Source of the DNA: an uncultured Acidobacteriota bacterium
GTDB lineage: Bacteria; Acidobacteriota; Thermoanaerobaculia; Gp7-AA8
NCBI GenBank assembly: GCA_963741955.1
Contig: CAVUKB010000010.1
Location: 352,001-416,000, forward strand
DNA: 64,000 nt
Direction of reading: 5' to 3'
A model generated the notes under the pieces. That model saw only the letters and a program-made list of their open reading frames with translations. It had not been told where the DNA came from and searched no databases. Position 1 is the first letter of the stretch; each line of letters starts with the position of its first letter. Of this stretch, positions 9,655 to 16,952 are shown piece after piece. The position numbers and the translations under genes are program-made.

Positions 9655-11000
9655 GGCTTCTCTGGCGTCGTCTGCGGGGTCTGTCCCGCGGGAGTCACGA
9701 CCTCCTCCACCTTCCTCCCGTTCGCGTCGTAGAGGTTCTCGAGCGTCGTTCCGTCGGCGAGCGTCGCCTTCGCAACGTGGTTCTCCGCGTCGTACTGGAG
9801 CACCGCTCCGGCCGTGCGCACGAGGTTCCCGTTCGCGTCGTACCCCAGCGTCTCCCCGCCGAAGCTCGCGTACTGGTTCCGCGTGTTGATCACCGTCGGC
9901 GTGACCGTCGTCGTCGCCGTCTGGGGCGTCTGCACGATATTCGTGATCGAGCGGTAGTTCAGCACCGGGTCGACGTCGTAGCTCGTCCTCCGCAGCATCG
10001 GATTCGTCTGCGTGTCCGTCTTCCAGAGCGTCTCCGCGATGATCGCCCCGATGCGATTGTGCTCGTAGTTCCACTTCCGCGCGAGACTCGCGCGAAGGAC
10101 GGCATTCTTCTCCCCTGCCGGGGAGCGGTCGTAGGTGACGTCGCGAACTGCGGTCCCGGAGATCGCACCCTCTGCGCACTCCGACTGACCACTGCATTGC
10201 GCTCGCTCCGCTCGCGCCGTCAGGGCGGAAGCCCTGACGCCCCCCGTCGCACTCGGCGCCGCGATGTCCCGGATCGAAGTCAGCCGCGCGTTCACGTCCC
10301 ATCCCCAGCTCGACGTGATCCCGTTCTCCAGCGTCCGGGTCACCTGACGCGGTCCCGCGTCCGCGTACATCACGATCGGCGCCGCGTTCCCGTTCTCTGT
10401 AATCGCCGCGATCCGTCCGAGCGGATCGATGCTTCGCGTGAGCGCGAGCCCCGAGGGGTATGTGACGCCCGTGAGGTTTCCGGCGGGATCGAACGCATGC
10501 GTCACCGTCCGCACCGGACCCTCTCCGATCTGCTGCGACTCCGTCAGCTCCCGGTCCAGCGAGTCGAATGTCGCCGTGGTCTTCACACCCTCGCTCGTCT
10601 TCGTTCCGGTCACTCGCCCGAGGTCGTCCACGGTATACGTGATCGCCGACGGACCGAGAACATTGGGCGCTCCGGCCATCGTCTTCGACGTCATCCGTCC
10701 CGCGTCGTCGTAGCCGTACGTCGTGACCGCTCCCACCGCGTCCGTTTCCTTGACGCGGTTCCCTCGGAGATCATACTCGCTCTTCGTCTCCCGCCCCTCC
10801 GGGTCGATCTTCTTCGTCAGATGCCCGCGCGTGTCGTACTGGAAGGTGGTGATGAGCGGCCGATCCGGATCGCTCATGTCGATCGACATCGCCAGCCCGT
10901 TCTACAGGTCGTACTCGAAGCGCGTGACATACGTGTCGGTGGTTCCGTCAGGCCGCTTCTCGATGCGTGTCTCGCTCTTCGGTTCCCGTTCGCGTCGTAC
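9655..11000 (-). pseudogene. RHS/YD-repeat fragment 3 (degraded at the 5' end, truncated before the RHS core)
   Basis: Many YD repeats, NTRNQY...YDANGNL...YDAENHV...YDANGRKV; in-frame TAG near 10902 and a frameshift near 10975; no PxxxxDPxG motif or toxin tip. Confidence 0.85.
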
Positions 11001-11101
11001 TGAGAGAAAGGAGTAGTTGCGAGGCGGTGACTCTGGGGAGGTTCAATTCTACAGTGAGTAGAATCCTTCGCGATCAACGGAATCCGAGGGACAATCACCC
11101 C

Positions 11102-11938
11102 ATGGACGATGAAACCCTACCCGACGACGGCCTTCCGACCTCGGTGGTCGGCGACTGGGCCGAAGAGAAGTACCGGCTGGTCGAGTGCTACGCGAATCTT
11201 TTCGCAACGTCGATGAAGAACCGGTGGGAGTGTCGAAATTACATCGACCTCTTCGCCGGAACGGGCCGCGCGCAGATTCGCGGAACGCAAAAGATCGTAC
11301 GCACGGCGGCGATCCGAGCGCTCGAGGTAACGGCGCCATTCGATCGGTACGTTTTCTGCGAGCTCGATTCGACACGCCTCGGCGCGCTGCGGCAGCGTGT
11401 CGAGCGGTCCCATACGGAGAGGAGTGTGCGTTTCATCGAGGGGAACACCAACGACCGTGTCGACGAGATTGTCGCCGCCATCCCGTTACCCACTCCCGGG
11501 TTCAGGGTTCTGACATTCTGTTTCGCTGATCCGTATCAGTTGGCCAATCTTCAGTTCGAGACGATCCGGAAAATCGCCTCGAGGTTCGTCGACTTTCTGA
11601 TCTTGATTCCAACCGGTATGGACCCGGGGCGCAACGAACAGAACTACGTCGCCGAACGCAGCCAGGTCGTCGCGCAATTCATCGGGCGAGAGAATTGGAG
11701 AGAGAGCTGGAGGAATGAGAGGCAGGTCGGGTTCGGCGATTTCGTGGCTCGCGAGTTCGGTGAGAGCATGCGGAGGCTCGGATATTTGTTCGGCGGATTG
11801 CACGAGACGCATCTGATGCGGAACACAAAGCGAAAAAGCCCGATTTACCGGCTGGCGATGTTCAGCCGGAACGACTTGGGCGAGAAGTTCTGGCGGGCGT
11901 GTAAAAAGGTAGCGACACCGCAGGGGAGCCTGTTCTGA
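11102..11938 (+). CDS. tcmP: Three-Cys-motif partner protein (TcmP-like, SAM-dependent methyltransferase fold)
   Basis: VGDWAEEKY, YIDLFAGTG, FCFADPYQL and PIYRLAMFSRNDLG motifs; adjacent to DUF5131. Confidence 0.85.
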   Translation: MDDETLPDDGLPTSVVGDWAEEKYRLVECYANLFATSMKNRWECRNYIDLFAGTGRAQIRGTQKIVRTAAIRALEVTAPFDRYVFCELDSTRLGALRQRVERSHTERSVRFIEGNTNDRVDEIVAAIPLPTPGFRVLTFCFADPYQLANLQFETIRKIASRFVDFLILIPTGMDPGRNEQNYVAERSQVVAQFIGRENWRESWRNERQVGFGDFVAREFGESMRRLGYLFGGLHETHLMRNTKRKSPIYRLAMFSRNDLGEKFWRACKKVATPQGSLF

Positions 11939-11950
11939 AGGGAAGGGGGA

Positions 11951-12682
11951 ATGGCGCAGAACTCGACGATCGAATGGACCGAGGCGACGTGGAATCCGGT
12001 CACCGGATGCACGAAGGTCAGCCCCGGCTGCAAGAACTGCTATGCGGAGAGAATGGCGAATCGGCTCCGGGCGATGGGAGTCCCCGCGTATGAACATGGA
12101 TTCGAGTTGACGCTGCAGCCCCAGGCGCTGCTCGCTCCCTTGAGGTGGCGGAAGTCTCGGATGATCTTCGTCAACTCGATGAGCGACCTTTTTCATCATA
12201 GCGTGCCGACCGAATTCGTCCTTCGCGTAATGGAGGTGATACGGGCGGCACACTGGCACCAGTTCCAGATTCTCACCAAGCGATCGGAGCGCCTCGCCGA
12301 GTTGGATCGCAAAATTCAGTGGCCGTCGAACCTCTGGCTGGGGGTGAGTGTGGAGTCCAGTTCGTACGGATGGCGTATCGACGATCTCCGTCGAGTCGGG
12401 GCGGCGGTTCGTTTCCTCTCGCTGGAACCGCTTCTAGGGCCGATCGAAGGGATGAATCTCGACGGGATTCACTGGGTCATTGCCGGGGGCGAGTCCGGTC
12501 CGAGGGCGCGCCCCGTCGATCCGGCGTGGATCATCGAGATTCGCGACCAGTGTCTGGCCGCACGAGTCCCGTTTTTCTTCAAGCAATGGGGAGGAACTCG
12601 AAAGAAGAAGACCGGAAGGCTGCTCGAGGGTGCAACCTGGGATCAGATGCCGGCGTCGCAGGCCGGCACCCTCTCAGTCTGA
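11951..12682 (+). CDS. DUF5131 / phage Gp37-Gp68 family radical-SAM-like protein
   Basis: IEWTEATWNPVTGCTKVSPGCKNCYA, IFVNSMSDLFH, LTKR, SLEPLL, GGESG, FFFKQWGG. Confidence 0.93.
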   Translation: MAQNSTIEWTEATWNPVTGCTKVSPGCKNCYAERMANRLRAMGVPAYEHGFELTLQPQALLAPLRWRKSRMIFVNSMSDLFHHSVPTEFVLRVMEVIRAAHWHQFQILTKRSERLAELDRKIQWPSNLWLGVSVESSSYGWRIDDLRRVGAAVRFLSLEPLLGPIEGMNLDGIHWVIAGGESGPRARPVDPAWIIEIRDQCLAARVPFFFKQWGGTRKKKTGRLLEGATWDQMPASQAGTLSV

Positions 12683-12932
12683 GAATTGAGGAGACCGGCC
12701 ATGCGAAGGAGGGGAGCCTCAAAGATTCTACGATCACCGCTCGACGCTCGGAGATGGTTCTTCTGATTCGTGCGCAATTATGCGCATAAAATTCATCGCT
12801 TGGCTATTATTTCAGAATATTGTACTGTTCATATCTTACGCTCTCTTTTCGGGAAAAGACCATGGCCACGCTGCGTCCCGACTGCCTCGCCCGGAAGCCC
12901 CGACCACTGGACTGAAAGCGAGAATCGCTTTC

Positions 12933-14582
12933 TCACTTTTCCGCGACGATCTCCCCGCGGGCGAATGACGTCTCCTTCGTCACCGCGTCGGTGATGCCGA
13001 CCGAGAGAAGATTCCGTCCTTCACGCACGGTCAGGTTCGCGGTGAAGACGAGAGGCTGACTGCGAAAGTCCTTCTCTTCCGCAGGCTGGATGCGAACCGG
13101 ATTCGCCTGATGGAAGACGGTCGAGAGTGCGCCCTGATCATTTCCGACGGCCACCCACACCGTGAATCCTCCTTCCACTGCGTCGCCACGTTTGACGAGC
13201 TCGATGGAGGAAGGAATGGTGATCTCGAGAGGAACCTGGTACTGATCCCCCTGCGGCTGCGGTTTTCCGGTCCGCACGCCGATCTTCCAGGCAGAGGGTT
13301 CTGCAGGGGCGAAGACGTTCGCAATCACGCGGTCTCGGGTTTGCGCCTGTTCCGACAGCGGCGCCCAGCTTCGGCGCACCCGCGCGACGACTCCCTTCCT
13401 CCGAACCTTCACTTCGATGTTCCGATCGTTCGGATTGGTGCGGGACGGTCGGAATCCGAGAGAGTAGTACGAGTCCACGTCGCGACGGACCGTCTCCAGC
13501 GCTCGATCGAACCGGGATGCGCGCTTCATCGCGATGCCTCCGGTTGCGTCGGCGACGTCCTGGTACGCGTCTTCAGTATTGCCGAGGCGGAGAAAATCGC
13601 CGCCCGCGTCGGCGAGGGCGTCGGCGCTCGTGATGTCCATCGAGTTCGCCGGAGCTCCGGCCGCGATCATGTACATGGTCACGCCATGCGTGTTCGCGTT
13701 CCGGCCGAGTGACTCGATTCTCTCCCGGTGCTTCCTGACCTGCTCGGGATTCGGCCGCTCGTTCGGAGCGTCGAAGCCGCGCATCCATGGCATGAAGAGC
13801 TGGTTCGCCCACTGATACGTCTCGAGACCCGGATCCTTCGGAAGGAGCGCGCCGGCGACGACCAGTACTTTCTTCCCGTCCGCTCCTCCCACCGTCGCGA
13901 TGGTCACGTCGAGGGCATTGACGAGACTCTTCGAGATCAGGACGGTCCTGTCGGTGTCGACCCGAGCGAATGAGATGCACTCGTGATACGCGCTGAGGAC
14001 GGCCATCTGGCCGCTTCGGACCTGGGCGAGCGCCGCGGTACACGCTTTACGCACTGAATCGAACCCGCTCTGCAGCACTGCAGGGGAGCTCTGGCTGGAG
14101 ATCCGCGCAACTGCAGCGTGGAGCGCGGCTCGGTCCTCGGTCAGTGGCTGTTCGATCCGATAAGTTCCGTTCCAGTCGACCACGGACGCGAGATCGCCGG
14201 GACGCATCTGTGAATCGATGAACCGATCGATGCCGGCGAGGATCTCCCGTCTCGCGATCGGATGCATCGACCAGCTGTCGACGAAGAAGACGAAGCGGGT
14301 GGGGCGCGAGGAGGTCTCGTCACCCGTGGCCGACACGCCGGACGGCTGCTGGTTCCCGGCATCACCACGGAGCTCTGTGAAGTTGGTCAGCTTCTGTCGG
14401 ACGCCATCTTCCAGCAGTTCGAAATCATTTCCGTTCAGGCCATGCACGGGATTGCCATCGCGATCTGTGACCACCACGTCGACGTTGACCACGGTGACCT
14501 CGACGGATTGCCGGAACGGTTCCTGTGCGAAGGCGGGAAAAGTCAGAGTGACGAGAACCAGGGTCAGTAAAAGCTTGCGCAT
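12933..14582 (-). CDS. Acidobacterial-type VWA domain-containing secreted protein
   Basis: Signal peptide; VTVVNVDVVVTDRDGNPVHGL...F.LLEDG; ADATGG; SYYSLGF. Confidence 0.85.
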   Translation of the reverse strand: MRKLLLTLVLVTLTFPAFAQEPFRQSVEVTVVNVDVVVTDRDGNPVHGLNGNDFELLEDGVRQKLTNFTELRGDAGNQQPSGVSATGDETSSRPTRFVFFVDSWSMHPIARREILAGIDRFIDSQMRPGDLASVVDWNGTYRIEQPLTEDRAALHAAVARISSQSSPAVLQSGFDSVRKACTAALAQVRSGQMAVLSAYHECISFARVDTDRTVLISKSLVNALDVTIATVGGADGKKVLVVAGALLPKDPGLETYQWANQLFMPWMRGFDAPNERPNPEQVRKHRERIESLGRNANTHGVTMYMIAAGAPANSMDITSADALADAGGDFLRLGNTEDAYQDVADATGGIAMKRASRFDRALETVRRDVDSYYSLGFRPSRTNPNDRNIEVKVRRKGVVARVRRSWAPLSEQAQTRDRVIANVFAPAEPSAWKIGVRTGKPQPQGDQYQVPLEITIPSSIELVKRGDAVEGGFTVWVAVGNDQGALSTVFHQANPVRIQPAEEKDFRSQPLVFTANLTVREGRNLLSVGITDAVTKETSFARGEIVAEK

Positions 14583-14680
14583 GGGCGTCGGGACCTTCCT
14601 TTGAGCCGACTTTATTGTTTTTCGACGATTTCGGATACAGGCTCACTCGACGTGGCCAAGAGCTCGAGACCGCGACGATC

Positions 14681-15754
14681 TCATTGCGCCCCGCAGTTGC
14701 TGCGCCACTTCGCGAGGTCGCGCCAGGCGGATCGCTGCATCGGATGCGCGAGCCACTCACGCTCTTTCTCCCACGCCTTTCGTGCGCCGGCATCGTTCGA
14801 AGGATCGTTCGACAGTTCCTCGAACGGGATCATCTCCACGAGTTTCAGCCGATCCACCGGACCCTGCCAGATCCATCCGTCGGCGAAGTCGATGATTCGA
14901 ACGAACGGGTGGCCGGCTGCGTAGAAGCTCGATGCGGGTAGATGCATCTCCGCAATCGGAGAGGCGGCGAGGTCGAACCCCACTGGCCGGCCAGCGCTCG
15001 CTGCGGCGCAGTCGATGATGCCGCTGAGCGGAAGGCAGTATCTTGTTTCTTCCTCTCCTCGGGGACCACACATCTCGGGCTTTTCGAGTGCGATGAGGAA
15101 GACGTCTTCCCCGAACTGGCGCCAGAGAATGTTGCCCATTCGATCCATGAACTGCGCGACGCGACCGTTGCGGCTCCGGTTGACCTGAAGGTAGCGGGTG
15201 AATGCGTGATGCATGCCGCAGTAGACGAGCATCGGGCGTCTTTGGTCTCCGGAATACTCCGCCACTCTCGAGGCCATGAAGGCATCGTAGTCGATGCCGG
15301 CTTTCCTCCAGTCGGGTGGCGGGCCGAGGGCGACGATCTGCATCGCCGGCAGCTCCGGATGCGCGTGCGTGGATTCCCACGCGCGGTGAAAGATCTCCCG
15401 GTACTGAAGGTAAGGCCAATCGGCGCTTTTCATCAGATCGTTCGCGAGAGAGCGATTCCACTCCGTTCCGGCGATCAGCCGGTCGACGTCTCCCTGTCTC
15501 TTCGCGCTCATCCACTCGATCCCGAGGGCCACGCCGCGCTGGTGGAGCTTCGGAACGAGCGAGGAGACGAGCTCCGCATCATCGCGTCCCCAGTGCCCTT
15601 CGCCGAGGATGACCAGCGGGTGTCGCTCGAGCCTCTGGAGGACGTAGTCGGCCGGAGCCATGCCGGTGTCGCGGAGATACGTTTCGAGCGTCCCGGCGTG
15701 AAGCGGCAGCGAGGTGGCGACGCAGAAGAGGAGTGCAAGGAATCGCATGTTCAC
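14681..15754 (-). CDS. Secreted protein, EreA/ChaN/TraB-like hydrolase fold suspected
   Basis: Signal peptide; VILGEGH, GIEW and YCGMHH motifs resemble that superfamily. Confidence 0.5.
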   Translation of the reverse strand: MNMRFLALLFCVATSLPLHAGTLETYLRDTGMAPADYVLQRLERHPLVILGEGHWGRDDAELVSSLVPKLHQRGVALGIEWMSAKRQGDVDRLIAGTEWNRSLANDLMKSADWPYLQYREIFHRAWESTHAHPELPAMQIVALGPPPDWRKAGIDYDAFMASRVAEYSGDQRRPMLVYCGMHHAFTRYLQVNRSRNGRVAQFMDRMGNILWRQFGEDVFLIALEKPEMCGPRGEEETRYCLPLSGIIDCAAASAGRPVGFDLAASPIAEMHLPASSFYAAGHPFVRIIDFADGWIWQGPVDRLKLVEMIPFEELSNDPSNDAGARKAWEKEREWLAHPMQRSAWRDLAKWRSNCGAQ

Positions 15755-15812
15755 TGGTACCGCACGACTGCTCGGGCCGCAGTGAGGTGAGTCACGCCAC
15801 GGAGTGACCGTA

Positions 15813-16264
15813 TCGCGGAGCGTCGGTCAATCCGGGCGATCCGCTCCGCTTCTGCGAAGGACCAGGGTAATGGTTCGGTCGCGCACGCGCCGCGATCCGC
15901 GCGGCGGATCAGAGGATCCGCGCCCCTCGGCAGTGATGTCGTTGGGGTGCGGATCAATCTCGGCGTTGCGTCTTCATGGGGTGCGGATCCCGCCCCGAGG
16001 GATCCGCCGCGAAGATCGTGTGGTACGCGATGAAGAGGAAGATCGCGATGAAGAGGAAGACTGTGGGTTTCGCGGAGCGTCGGTCAAGCCGGGCGATCAG
16101 CTCCGCTTCTGCGAAGGACCGGGGTGATGGTGCGGTCGCGCACGCGCCGGGATCCGCGCGGCGGATCAGAGGATCCGCGCCCCTCGGCAGTGATGTCGTT
16201 GGGGTGCGGATCAATCTCGGCGGTGCGTCTTCATGGGGTGCGGATCCCGCCCCGCGGGATCCGC
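15813..16264. repeat. Tandem duplication (period about 257 bp) of a REPIN-like composite element, family B
   Basis: 15813-16006 repeated at 16070-16264; GGGGTGCGGATC / GATCCGCGCCCC inverted motifs. Confidence 0.85.
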
Positions 16265-16350
16265 ACTCCATGAGGCGGGTTAGCCGCACCCACTCGCGCC
16301 TCGTCCTGGAATCGGGTCTAATCGATTGGAATCGTTTGGAGGAGGACCGA

Positions 16351-16749
16351 ATGAGTCGAGTGAACATCGGATCGGGAGCGCCGTGGGAGGCGCAGAAGGG
16401 ATATTGCCGTGCCGTGCGCGTCGGGCCGTACGTCCACGTCGCCGGGACGACGGCCGTCGGAACCGATGGACATCCGGTTGGAGAAGGGGACGCGTACATT
16501 CAGGCGAAGCGAGTGTTCGAGATCATCGCCGGAGCGCTCGCGGAGGCGGGTGCGTCGATGGAGGACGTGGTCCGCACCCGGATGTTTCTGACCAGCATTC
16601 GCGACAAAGAGTCGGTAGGAAGAGCGCATGGTGAAGTGTTTCGCGACATTCGCCCGGCGGCGACGATGGTCGAGGTGAGCGCTCTCTACGAACCGTGGAT
16701 GCTGGTGGAGATCGAGGCAGACGCGATCGTTGCGGGTGAGCGGGATTGA
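16351..16749 (+). CDS. RidA/YjgF family protein
   Basis: SGAPWE..GYCRAVRVG.YVHVAGTT; DVVRTRMF; RPAATMVEV; VEIEADA; GGAGG RBS before ATG 16351. Confidence 0.9.
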   Translation: MSRVNIGSGAPWEAQKGYCRAVRVGPYVHVAGTTAVGTDGHPVGEGDAYIQAKRVFEIIAGALAEAGASMEDVVRTRMFLTSIRDKESVGRAHGEVFRDIRPAATMVEVSALYEPWMLVEIEADAIVAGERD

Positions 16750-16952
16750 GCGGCTACCCGATGATCGTAGCGGAAACACGTGGGAAACTGGCTGGCACGA
16801 CCAACGATTCCGGCTTCGGGATACTTCTCGACGTCGTCGTCTGGTGTGGGCCCGCCGGGGGCCGGCTTCGAGCGTCGGCCGCACTCAGGTTCGTCGAGTC
16901 ACGTGGCCACGCGAGGGTGTTTGCGTGGAACCGAACGGGCCAATTCTTCCAA

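Noticed and set aside
12770-12800. Chromosomal dif site
   Set aside because: Only a XerC-like half is present; no TTATGTTAAAT-like XerD arm at 6-bp spacing
5450-12900. Integron cassette array
   Set aside because: No integrase gene and no convincing RYYYAAC...GTTRRRY attC pairs were seen
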